Positions 1 to 13,479 of a stretch of DNA of 64,000 bases are shown here, piece after piece. Under the pieces are notes generated by a model. It did not search any database. It saw only the letters and a list, made by a program, of their open reading frames with translations, and had not been told where the DNA came from. The position numbers were made by a program, and so were the translations under genes. Each line of letters begins with the position of its first letter. Position 1 is the first letter of the stretch. This DNA is from Hamiltosporidium tvaerminnensis FI-OER-3-3 (taxonomy: Eukaryota; Fungi; Microsporidia): positions 682,001 to 746,000 of the forward strand of contig CM061254.1 in the NCBI GenBank assembly GCA_022605425.2, given 5' to 3'.

Positions 1-3000
1 GCAGACATTTCCCTTTGTTTTGTGCATGCCAGAATAAATATATTTTGCTCCAGAGATATATTTCTCATTTATAATTTTCTCTCTTAAGTACCATTGAGAA
101 TAGTTAACGTGTTTTTATTCAATCCGTTTTTTTAAATTTAAATACAATCTTATATATGTTTATAGTAATTCTCCGTGATATATCGATTTACTTGGTTATA
201 ATTTATGCCCTTTTATTATTTACAACTATTTTATTATTTTTAAGTTCAATTATTAAATTTGAATCAAAACTTTTTTCATTTTTGGGATGCTGTTCCTCTT
301 GCCGAAATTTTTCTAATTATTTTATGACAATCTCAAAACTTTAAGAGTATCCATTAAGACCTCCTAGTCTAGTGAATTTTTCAAGTTTTCCTGCCGTTTC
401 TATCTTCCGTTTGAACATCATGAACAAACAAAAGATCTATTTATGCTTAAATTATGCTTATGATATCATCTTGATGAAATACATGCGTAAAAATAGCTAA
501 AGTACTGTCTATGAATAAAATAGAAGCGTTACATAACATATATTGCATCAAAAACTTCTTATTTTAAAATTTGGGTTTTTTTTTTGATATTTTATACAAG
601 CTATTTTTACGTACAATATAAATCACGTCTACATGTTTTCTATAGTCATTCTATTATTTCTAAGGAGTTTTAAATACCAAAGTTCTTGAAAAAAGCTGTT
701 TATTTTGTATCGCACTTATTTATAGTCGTGTATTTTTGTTATATCAAACTTCATATATTTGCAAAAAAAATTAACAAAATATTTTGAAGCGAATATGTTT
801 TTTTCGCAAATTAAAGTACATTAAATCGGAAATATGAAAAAAAAATTATTCTATGTGAACTATTTTCCGCTTGTATAGCAATATTTGGGTATTTCGCATT
901 AAATTGTGCGCATAAATTCCTTGTTTAGACAATTATGAAGATTAAAGATTAAAAGCCTTGGAATATATTTTATTTCTTTAAAAATTAACTTTTATGAGAT
1001 GCTATGATTAATCGATTTTATTTGGTTTTTTTTTAATATTGAATTTCAGGATCATAGTATTGAATTTGAGGTTAAATTATGCATGAAATGCGACCTACGG
1101 GTGTGAAGAGCATATTTGAGATTGATTCATATCATCGCGAAGAATATCAGAGAAAAAAAATTAAACATATCAAGCAGATGGTTTATTTTATATTGCTATA
1201 ATCCACAGAGGGTATCTCAGTCTATGCATGCGTAAATAAATAAAATCAACTTCAGTTCACAGTTTTCTTGCTATTTTAACCAAGCTTGAATGTTATCAGA
1301 TAAAAGAATTTTTTTTTAAACCAATACCTTTTCTTTACCCTTTTATTTTAAATATTTCAACTTGCTAGAAAAGGCTAAAAATTTCTAATGTTTTTTTTGT
1401 ATTATAATACTCAATGTTGTCTATTGGTCCTATCTAATTTACGTCACAGCTAAAAACTCTTTCTTTTTGATAAATGATAATATTTTTGCACACTTTCAGT
1501 TATTTTTATGCAAGGTTGGCATATAAATGATTCATCCTCATTAAAAACCATTTCGAAAAATATTTTTAATATTATAAACCTGTTATTGTGTCAGTTATCA
1601 TTAGTGGTTTACTCCGAATACATGACTTTACAAAATTTTAAAAAAATATTTAAGATTCTTAGAATATATTATAAAAAACTTTAAATGTACTCGATCTTTA
1701 AAATTTACCTAGAAGTTTTTCCTGTCATCATTGTATATCTTGTTATAAAATATCGTTCGAAAATAAATTCTGCTGAATTATTATTTATCAAATATCAGTT
1801 GAATATAAAGATCTCGTGAGAGTTTAAAATTTTTTATTAATCATAGAAGTTATTCTTTTAACAATCACGAATGTTTTGTTAAAAACTCATAGGCAATAAC
1901 GATATATTTAATTTCCGAATAATTGAAATATAAGATTTTTTTGTTTATCTAGCATCAATTATTCATTATAGAAGATAATCTGTAATTTATTTTAAATTCA
2001 ACTTTACAATCAAAAGGTATATTATTTTTGTTGGTTTGATTTAAATTTCACATACGCCTGGTTATTTAAAACGCTTTCGCGTGGTTAAGCGGGTTTTTAC
2101 TGCCCGTATGCCTCATGTCAAAGCTGCTTGTAGATATTGGACAAATTTAACATTGTATATATTATCAATGTCCAAAATAATTCTCGGCTTTCACCCAATA
2201 AGCCACCGTTTTTCTAAAATTTTTATATCCCGTTCTATTTCAGATATTTTCATCTAAAAACATACGGATATTTGAAAATATGTTTATATTATGTTTAAAT
2301 ATAATAACGACCAATCTAAAACATGCTTATACATATTTGCAGGCATTTTTCTCTCCAAAAACATTTCAGTTTGACATGTCTAAAATAAACGCATTTATGT
2401 TTTTCTAGCAGTCATTATTAGAAAAAGATAAATTTAAAAATTACACAAAAAACCTCAACAAAATAAACTATAAATACGCTTTATTACCTTTTTATAAGCC
2501 AAGAGTAGCCAGTGTTGCAGCCTTCGGGCTACAAAGACTTCTATAAAAAGTCTCTAGAACCATGAACTCAATGGATTTTATACCGCTTTAACGAAAGGTA
2601 TTGCTCATTCTTTATCAAAAAAATTTTTGGATTTGATGTAAAAATTCATACACATATTCCAAAATGTATCTTAAAAATATTTTTTGAAGAAAATATTCAG
2701 ATTACTTACTAAAATTACATAAAATTCTTCTGGTTACACATTTCAATAACGGCCAGAAATTTACTCGTTTTTTTATCTCTACTTCGATGCTATCTAAATG
2801 TGTGAAAAAAAATTTTAAAATGAAATACACATAAATTATTTAAGTTTTAAATTAACAGATAAGTATTAGAGGTCATTTTCGATCATTTCAATTCACAAAT
2901 TTAACTATACTTTCAAAAAAATCATTATTTCATGTCTCACTACATCACTCTCATTAATAATGAAACATGTCACATATTTTTTGTTAATTCAACTTCGATT

Positions 3001-3150
3001 TTTAGGATAAATATTTAAAAATATGATCGGAGCTTAAAAAAATGTTGAAACCTAATTTTTTTCTTTCTATTACAAATTCAGGATGAAAAGTATCTATACA
3101 TTTTAGTTTTTCATAGAAAATATTAATATATTTTTACTTAATTCATATTA

Positions 3151-3866
3151 TTGGAGAAAAGAATATCCACAATAAACTATATGCTTAGCAATGGGTATGT
3201 GAAATAAGTTTAAGATCATTGTTTTTACTTAGTAAAAATAAAACTACATTATATTTTTGTTTGTTCTATAAGAAAGTGTATGAAGAGAAGGGGGCCTACA
3301 TAATGACGGAACTTTTTCTATATAACAATTTTGTATTTTTTTTGTAAGTAGATGCAGACAGCAGCAAAACCTTTAATTAATTGCCATCTAAATGAATAGA
3401 ACCCCAACCTAGGTCCCTTAAGTTAGAAGGCATAGCCCTGAATCATAAAAATATGGGTGTTTAAAGCCAGGAAAGCTATGTAGAGGTTATGGGTGTTGTA
3501 ATGGCGATCATTATCTATTTAGCCCCCCGTATGTTGCCAAAGTATTTTTGGCTAATAATTTATTGGGTTGAGGAAGTGTAGAGTAAGTGTGAATGCTACA
3601 TAGTCTTGAAAGAACCCAGAGTTGGTTTAAAACTACGATCACAGTTCATACGACGGTAATTCACGAACTATAGACAACTGTATCTGCCATTAATCAGGTT
3701 TTACCCATTTTTTAAATGAAATATCTTGGAATATAGATATTGTAGGTAGTTGTGACAAAGTATGAGGGCGCTTTATTTATGTTAAACCTAAATCTGCATA
3801 AATTTCCTAAAGACAATATAAAATTTGCCACTGTTTTCAAACGATATAATACTTTGAGCGATGAAA
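3151..3866 (+). mobile_element. Family A non-coding SINE-like element, diverged full-length copy (A1)
   Basis: Colinear with the reverse complement of 49740-50468 from the 5' end (TTGGAGAAAAGAATATCCAC vs GTGGAGGGAGGATAACCAC) through AAAGCCAGGAAAGCTA and AAGTGTAGAGTAAGTG to TTGCCACTGTTTT near the 3' end. Ends approximate. Confidence 0.8.
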
Positions 3867-6800
3867 AGATACATTTAAATTTGAATTCGCCGTTTTTTTA
3901 TTCGCATTCTTGTTACATCGGATATTAAAATTTCTTTTGGAATTGGTTTGTAAATATTAATTAAGCATTCCAAAATAAAGTGTAATATCCGAATTTAACA
4001 AAAAAAAGCTTGTAATTTAAATTGCATGTTGTTCTTTGAACTCTCATCTTTGTCTACTATATCAAACATACTCGCCTGTTTACTTACAATTTTATTTTGA
4101 TTTTATAGAGTATGTGGGCTGGGTAATTTCATATTCTCCATTCAGAATATGCGTTTGAGTATTTCGAGCACGTGGCTGATCCCCATATTTTTTCTCATTA
4201 GAAAATATCGTGGTACGCCATTAAAGATTTTTATGAATTATCCCATTGAGATGAAGTATAACCTAATTTTTTTTCTAAGATCATCTAAAACGCTTATATT
4301 TTGAGATAATAATGAATGTAGAATTTTTTTTAAATACTATATATTTAAATGTTGTTATTGAAACCTTAAAAGTCTTCCCAGATTACATTGTAATAGCATG
4401 TTAACATATTAACCAGAAATTGTCTTAAAATCTTTGAATATATATTATCTTGATTCTTGAGATTTTATATCAAAAAGATGATTTTTAAAGTTTAAAAAGG
4501 CATTCTGTGTTTTTATATAAATACAAATAAAATAAACAAATCTAGTTTGTTGTCTTGGTTTGTTTAAGAGTGATATAATTTCTACCGAGTTTTGCCTGTT
4601 AACTGATTTATCTATTTTTCAAATTTGAGGAATATTAGAGAAAATTGTTTACTACACTTCGACAAAAATCCCGTGCTCATTCATAATTTACTATTTACTG
4701 GGTATAGGGTTTTGAAAATATATATCCTTCATCATTTTGGATTTCCATTCCTGGTACTAGCCTGTTTATGTTTGTTTTATTTGGCTTAGGCTTGGCTTTC
4801 TTACTTTAACATTTTCATTTATTAATTCATGCAGCTAAATTATTGCGGATGTGTAAGTAAATGTATTTCTGAATATATCGATGGTTTTTATTCTGAATAT
4901 TCTGGTGTCTTTTACCTATTAATATTTGTGAAACTTAAGGCGTGAGTGGCGATTTATGTAATTATAGTCTCGAATCAAATGACCTTTGTTGCATTCTTTG
5001 ATTTTTATTTTGTCGAATATATATAACCATGTATTTTCTAGATGGTTTATATCTTTTTAAATTATTTGCTGAATGTTGCAAGGTATGCGATTTAATTATA
5101 GTTGTATCGTATTAAGGCGTTAGAAATTATTTTTAAGAGGATTTTACCCATTTCTTTAAGAGACAATAATTAAAAAAATCCTGATTTATAAGAAGAAAAA
5201 AATAAAGAAAGGATATTTTCTAGATGCTAACAATATAAACCAGCCCAATTTATGAAATATATTATCTGCATGATGATATCGGATCGATTTTTCTATATTT
5301 CCAGAATATAAAAATTAATTTACTTAAATGAATTTGAAGATATTCAACAAAAATAAAAATTTCCCAATAACCACGAGATCTTCTATGGTCAGATTAACGT
5401 GTAAAAATACAAAAAAAGTGAATACTGGTCGCCAAAAGACTATATTATATGCTCTTGTTATGAAACACTAAGGACAAAAACGTGACTAAAAGACATAGCC
5501 TCAATTCAACTTTCAGTTTCTAATTATCGATCTATATGCAATGAATACACATATCAAACATTTAAATGGCCAAACTTGGGTATTATACAAGCTTCAAAAA
5601 AATGGGTACCTTGGAAGAGATAAAAACCAAATTTACGGGGTTTAAGAACAAAATGCATACGAACATGCAATGATTAAAAAAAGGTTTTAGATAAATATTA
5701 GATCTTTTGATCAAAGTACCATGTCTTATGTTTTTCTATTGGTCTGGCCGCTCTTATTTGTTTATATAGATAACCGGTCTCTAAAAACTCTATAAGTATA
5801 CCCTCAGATACATACCTCTTAATCATAACATCTAAATGTAATAACAATATATTTATTGTGCTAAGCAATTGCCTAAAATTGATCGCTGAAACGAATTTAA
5901 CTTTGAACTTTCCAGGTCCAGCTGAGTTCAAACTTGTTCTACACTGGCCGAACTAAAAAGACTTCCAAGTAAGGCATATCTTTTTGGCTACCCCTGCTTA
6001 TTACTTAGGTGTTTAAATATCAACTAAACAATACAACCCTTAATTTTTTTTCCCGGTTTTTTAAAAGTTATATTTTCTTGTACTTCCCAAGCGCCAAATC
6101 TTCTAAACTGAGTAAGAAAGACCAGGGTTTCATTCCTCATCATATAAATTACTTACCGGTTAGCCTAAGTTTGCGATCTAGTTACAGTATAAACCATAAA
6201 CTAGGTTTTAAAAAAGTTTGTCTTTTTTATAGACCTTTTCTTTTATATAGACATCACCGTACAAAACCTGGATATTATTGTGTTTTCTGCTCAAGAGAGG
6301 TTAAAACAACGATTACTACCGATTCCATCGACCCCTTACCAAGCAGAAAGTTTTTAGGTGATTTCTTCTCTCATGTATGAATAAAAAAATTAAATTAGTA
6401 TTTTTGTAAGACCTGGTTTTTAAAAGTATATTTTAATTGTTTTATTATTAAAAATTTAACCTTCCATTATTTTTTATGAAATGTTAACTCTCATACTGAC
6501 TGACGACTTGTTTGGCTGTTTTTGCATTCTAAAAATAATTAAGTGGCGAAATATATCTGTATTGCGAATTTAAACATTATACATCATAACTAGCGTTTTT
6601 TACACGATACCTTATATTCGCGATTATTTTTTGATGAAATATATTTTGTTGTTCAATAACCAAGGTGTTACTACAACATATAATCTATCGACTTGGAATG
6701 TGCAGCATGGTCTGCCTTTCTTGTTGAGCCTATTTTGATTTCATCAAGACATAGATTTATGTTAAGTCCTCTTGTTTTTAGTCAATTATATTTTTACTGG

Positions 6801-9651
6801 TTTTATTCAGGGATTAATTTTCAAAATTTTTTTATTGACTATTTGCCGAATTCAGTAATATATTTTATAAATCGAAATAAAATAATTTATTAAAATATAT
6901 AAATACTCCAGAAAAGCAATATAGGAATATATGCATTTCTAGATAAACTTTCATACTAAAAATATTTTTCATTTAATACTTTGAAATCGTTGATAGTCCG
7001 GAATGATGAAGAAATATATTTATAAATATTTCTAAATTTTTATAAGACTGGAATAAAAATTGTATTTTTCAAGCAAAATATATTTTATTCTATTCATAAA
7101 TATTTAATTCTATTTTTAAAACCAAATTTATTGAATTTCTATACTTTAGGCATATAATAACGTATTTTCTAATTTAAAAAAAAATCTTATAAAATTTTTT
7201 ACAGACATATCTAAAACATAAAGTTGATTGGACGGATTTAGCTTTATTGAATTCAATGACAAATATTTACCATATGTTTTTTCTATAGTTTAGTAGGGAT
7301 ATCACAAAGGCTTAAAATGAGGCTTTTAAAATATTATCTTACCTGATTGCTAAGATTACTATTCTATGATTCTGTTAGAAAAAATATTACAGATGGAAGT
7401 CTATATATTTTAATATAAAATAAAATGAAGTATTCTGATCCGAATATATGTTAATTCGAGACTAGAATGAGAAGAGTAACATTTCTTTTGAAATTGCTGA
7501 TGATAGTTTTTATCGCAAAAAATTTATTGAGAATTTGATATAAAATCGATGAAAAAACAAAATCAATTCAACAGCGAAATCTTGAATAACATGATTAGGC
7601 TAAGTAAACACAATTTGATTTAAAAAATAAAATTGAAAGTTTCTTTTAATATTAAAAAGCTTGATGTGTAAAATATTTTTCCTTCTGACTAAATGATTTT
7701 AAAAATAAATTTAAATTCCATCGAAATATATTAGATTCTTTGTATGTTGGTATATGAATTATTAAATGAACAATACTTACAGGGAGATCTTATTTCGTAA
7801 ATGAAAGAATACCTCTAATCCATATAGCTCAAGAATATATGTATATTAATTATTTATGTATTTATAAATATAATTCATCAGAATAAAAAACACATATCGG
7901 AGCAATGCCGAATACCAATACCAGGCCTCAAAATAAAAATAAAAACAGGCCCAAACCATCTAGATTATTGATTAAATCTATTACTTAGAAATAAAGACAT
8001 ATTTTTTAAAAATTTCTATAATTTTCTTTGAAGAATGTAAATGCAGAATTTTTCCTTTAAAAATCTTATACTACTGGATATATAATCTATTTGGCTTTTT
8101 AAATCTAAAAATCAGGTATAATGTTAGATTCGAAGCGTATTCGGCTCATTATAAATTGAAAGAAAAAAAATTTAGGATATGAAATGAATTTTATACCAAT
8201 TTTAAAACTCAAATTTTATTGTGACAAAAGTTTCTTAGTAGATTATTCTATATACAAGAAACGCTAAGTTAAAGTTGGTTAATTTTGCTTTTTTTCCGTT
8301 TATATATTTCTTTAAAAAAACAAGTACAAAAAACAAAAATAATGATTCATACTCAAATAATAAATTTATATGTATGAAGAAAACTTTTATTTAAAAAATT
8401 TAAGAAACGAAATACCTTTTGGCCTAGTTCTTTTTATGCTTTTTTCTTAAGATCTCTTTCTTCGTTCATTCCGTTGCCTTATTTGTAGTAAATGTTTCTT
8501 TTATCTTATGGGTTGATTCTTCATTTTACGTTCTTCCTAGGCAATTAGGGATTCTAAAGCTAGCAGTTTTGCTTAATATTACTAGTGCAGCGTAAACAAA
8601 GGAAAATAGGTATAATCATGAACTTTTTTATGATTTAGTGATTTTTTCATGTTGTTTCTAGTTCTAGCTGCTTCTTCGCCATATAATATTGGAAAAAGCT
8701 ATAATTTTATCAACACCAGTGACTTTTTTTATTTGTGCTAATTTGATTAGATATATGAATATGCTTTTCTATTATTATTGTGTCTCGGATTTAAAGAATA
8801 TGTTCCATAGCGTTACGTTAAAATACGATTTTTGTAATAACCGAGGTGTATATAAATTACATAATGTTTAAGCTAGTCTAATCCGTAAAAAATTATTATT
8901 TTCTCATTTTTTTCTAATAATTTGAAACAAATCTTCTAATATAACACTGAGCCGATGTGCGCTTTATTATTTAATTTGTTTCTAAATGTATCAGTTTATT
9001 TGCGAAATTGTATAGTATTTTCATTTTAGCATTCCTATTTTATAAGACTCTAGATTCCGATTCATTTCTAGTATTTTCTTAATCAGATTCATATTTGTTT
9101 TAGAGAAGTAGAATTAAGTCGAACAACTTTGCTGGGTTGCTTAATGTAAAATTTTTAATGTATTTTCTACAATCATAATCTTAATGACTCTATCGTGTTT
9201 CCGATATTTCTATATATTGGCCTCTTGCTTCTGCATCTCAGAATGAATTTATATCCTGGATGAAAAAAATGCTTGAACATTTCACTGAATTTCGCCTTCG
9301 TCTAAACTCTCGGTTGATATCACTACTACTTATAAAATTATTGCTTAACCATTGTATAACTTCGAATTTAAATTTATATGTAGTATTTCACAATAAAATT
9401 CGCGTTAGAGCTTTCTAAAATTCTTCATTGGGAACCTCCTTTTCTTTTATATTATTTACTTATGTAGTAGCTAGTTAAAAATTTTTAGATGGTTTAATTA
9501 AAATTTGTCAAAGATATTGGTTTTGAGTATTAATATATATTTATGTAAGAGAGCGTAAATATTTAGAAAATAACAAATTTCTTATAGGAACTTACAACAC
9601 ACTATAGTTTAAATTTAATAAAAGAAAAAAGAATTAATAATGCAAAAACTT

Positions 9652-10101
9652 TTATTCGAAATAAGACACCAATGCTTTCAGATAATAATTTGAATCCAAA
9701 TCTATCTGAAAATACAAAAACTTAGTATAAAAATTGTATAAAATCTCTTTTGCCTCTTTTAACAAAGGAAATATTTTTTGATATGTAATATTTCCGAGTT
9801 TAATTGCCTTTCGTTCAAAAATTATTGTATCTCGGACTATTTTTAAAAACACAGGTATTATTTCGTTTAGAGTACTGAATAGAAAAATATTGGTCTTTTT
9901 TAACATCGCTTCATTTAAATATCTATTATCCTCGTCCAAAATTCTTTTTGTTACCTTTCTAATCAATATTCTTTCGTTTTGTTCAAATTTTTTATTTTTG
10001 TAAGTTCTTCTGTCGTTCATAGATTCTTTTTGCGGTTTTATATTTACATTATGATCATTTTTTTTTATATCTGCAGATCCTGATAATGATATTCGAATCA
10101 A
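9652..10101 (-). pseudogene. Probable pseudogene fragment of a lineage-specific protein (149-aa open segment, non-ATG start)
   Basis: Longest open segment in the first 20 kb, with K/E/N-rich composition like real genes here. No recognisable domain and no intact in-frame ATG at its 5' end. Confidence 0.3.
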
Positions 10102-13100
10102 ATATCTAGATAAAAAACAATTTATTTAAGAATATTTTTTTATGATAAATTTTTATAATATGTATATGAACCCGTAGTTCTTTAAATAATCCAAAAAAGA
10201 TGTAAAATATAGTACTTCCAGCTGTTCTAGATGGCACCAACATATTTTTTTTACTATAAAGTATATATTGGTTAATAATGATCACTATACCTTTTGAACA
10301 GTTGAAATTTTAGATGTGTGTATCATTAAAGTATATCCTTCAAGAGAATTTTAAATTAATTAAAAAAGTTAATTAAGCTCTACAACTATAAGAGTTGAAA
10401 AGAATACAAATGTGGTTCAGGGCTTTACAATTGTTTACTATTGGACAACGCTTCTTAGACATAGATTCTTTCGTAGGCTTAATCTCTATTGAATGATTAC
10501 TTTTGTATTATGAAGACAAAGAGCTTATTGACCAAATATAAAGCCTGATCTTTTGGATTAAAATTTTTTTTTTCTTCATTCAACTATTCTTAAAAATTTT
10601 ATTGATTAAAAAAATATATCGAATTGTTAAAAACACCCATATATAATATTTCTATACTTTATAGAGTATTTTGGCTTGAAATTATATTCCGTGGATTGAA
10701 AAATTTCGAAATAATAATCAGAAAAATTTGTGGAGGCTCCGCAATAAGATTATTTCGCCTATGTGACCTGAAACGCTTGAAAGTCTTTGTTTGAATCAAA
10801 AAGGCTTGAGCTATATATTTTTTCGCTTTTTGTCTAGAAACCTTTTATATCAGTGTATTATTTATATTTGTTCCGAAATTTAATTAAGTATAGTACCTTC
10901 AATTTTTAAATACTTGTACCAATAAAAATACATGTTTAATAAACTAAGAATAATCCATTAGATTAAATGAAGAATAAATCATTTTGGGTCTATCAAATAT
11001 AGATAGAATTTACTATTTAATTTAGGAATTTTTATTTTCAAGTAAAAAATTTTTAAATTAAATATTTTTTACTTACAGTCAAAATATATAAAGGATTAAA
11101 GAATATTCAGCAAATGAATTTAGTATCAAATATCTATTGATAATATTCCAGTCTTTAGGTTTAAAAATTACTTATAAAGTAATTTCATTCTAAATGATAA
11201 GTATATACCTAACGTGAATATAAATACGGAATATTAGATTCATTTATACACAGAAAAGATCTTTAGTGCAAAGAAAGTAAGATTAATCAAACCATATCCA
11301 AAAAGGGAGTTTTATAACATATATTTAATAAAAAAGTACCCTAAACTATTTGTAATATAGCGATTTTTTTTGACCAAAAATATAAGGTAAGTTTTTTTCG
11401 GAAATCATAAGGTTACTTGAGTATTTAGGTGAAACAAGAAAATACTCAAATAAGTTTCGAAATGGTTCGGATTCTGAGTTTTAAGTCTTAAAAATATAAT
11501 TTGTCCAATATTTTCTATTTCTTTATAGCTCAGTGTCGTTATTCTACAGCCATAACGCCGAATCCAATTCATTCTTTAAAACCCGCGAGCCCCTTTGATT
11601 TAAGCAGATTTCTGATGTTTAACACTTTATAAAAATAGAATTCTATAAGGTTAATGTTTGTTTATGGTCTTTTTCTTTCTTTTGATGGACGCATTTGTTC
11701 TTTCACACCTGAATCTTGCTCTAGATTGTAGTTTACTCCTTGGATCTAATAATCATTTGATTTTTTTCCAAAAATAATTGATCAATAAGAAGAATGTTTC
11801 TAACTGTCTTTCCAAGTACTATAGTTCATATATGTGGATTTGTTTTTACGTTACTCAAAGCTTACTAAATTACGTTGAGGCACTTTATTTAATATAATAT
11901 CTTGGTTTATACCATATAATATGCTAAATTATATATATAAGTTAAGTTTTATTACGTAGCAGGTAAATTTAAAGAAAATTTTGCGAAATTTTGGCTTTGA
12001 TGAGATTATCAGGTTATTTTCTTGCTATGAACTATATTTTACAAAGTCTTTCTACTATAAAATATTTTTATTTAGAGGTTCTTTCGTATTTTTGCATACT
12101 CTTTGTTAAAATTTCTGGAAAATACTAATTCGTATTTGTTTAAAAGATATGATCACTTTTATTTGAACGATTAAAGACAAAAAAAACTTTGCTGAAACAT
12201 TTAACTTGTCTTTTAGTGGTTTCCATCTAGAATAAAAATAAGATTGGGTTATAAAACATCTATTTCTTTACTACCAAATTTCCGAAATCGAAACATAATA
12301 AATAGATAAAACCGATTTTTACAGGCAATTAAGCCAGGAAACAAGCATATAAGTAACATAAAAACATCCAAGATACGCATATTTTTCCGAGAAAGAGTAA
12401 TAGTTTATCTTATAAAAACACATGAAAACATACTATACATATCTTAGCTCAAGAAGAAATATTTTTGAATAAAAACGGTATTTGTAAAACCTAAAGAATA
12501 AAAAAAGTTTATGGTATAATGCAATTTATAATTTGACCTAGCATTTGCTATTAAGATGATATATGGAATAAGATTTTAGAATATATACATATTTAATGCT
12601 ATATTCAAAAAAAAACATAAAATAAATTTTAGTATAATCTTTATATGAAGACATAGCCCAAAGAGCAGATTTACCATGCAAATAAGAAAAATTCACACTC
12701 TGCAGTAGATTATAAAATATATATTTCGGTTATTCCGCTTGCGATAAAAATTGTATTGAAGGTCTTACAGCTAGGTAAAGAATTACACAAAAAACCTATA
12801 ACAAAGGACATCTCATTTATTTTGGAAGAATCAATTATGGCGTTAAATCTAGAGATTTTACTATAAGAAAAAAATGACAATTACGAGTAGTTTTTTTCTC
12901 ATATAAAAATGTAACTTCTATTGGGTTTACTAATGGAGAAAATATTTGTTTAAACAACAATCTCTTTAATGGGTCTATAAATACTTATGGTGTTGAATAT
13001 GTGCGAATTATTCAAGATCTGATATAAATAGGGATCAGTTCTTGGTAAGGTTTAAAAATAGATAACGTATATCAATGTTCAAAACATTAAGGAACCCTTA

Positions 13101-13218
13101 GCTACAAAGATTTGATTCGATAAATTGCAGGACATCAACCATAGTGTAAGTTATCAAACCATTGATTTAATCCTTAAGTAGAGCGTATTATAATCTATCA
13201 ATATAGTGTGTGAGCATT

Positions 13219-13452
13219 CATTCATATTTGGCACTACAGCTCTAGACGAGCCTTGGCCTCCCTTAGTAATACCGCCCACCGGTCTTTTTCCAGTGGGTTT
13301 GTTTACTTATCGGGTTTCGTAACAAGGTAGTTTTAAAAGGTGGGTTGTTAGCCCTACGCCCAACCCCAACATGGAAGACCGATCCCTTTTAGTCGCCTCC
13401 TACGACAAGCAGAGAATACTCCAGCCAATTCTGCTCCCGGCATGGTGGGTAA
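13219..13452 (-). mobile_element. Family B bipartite RTE-derived SINE (B1)
   Basis: 234 bp, homologous to 20307-20540 and 27178-27407. TSD AGTGTGTGA(G/A)CATT at 13205-13218 and 13453-13466. Carries RTE ORF-end remnants (PTGKRPVG; LLREAKARLEL*) and a (TGAA)n tail. Confidence 0.88.
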
Positions 13453-13479
13453 AGTGTGTGAACATTAGGCTAATAAAAT

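Noticed and set aside
5380-6420. Slightly GC-richer segment with ORFs 5698-5931 and 6009-6380, possible transposon relic
   Set aside because: No second copy in the window, and no TSD, terminal repeat or protein motif that I could support.
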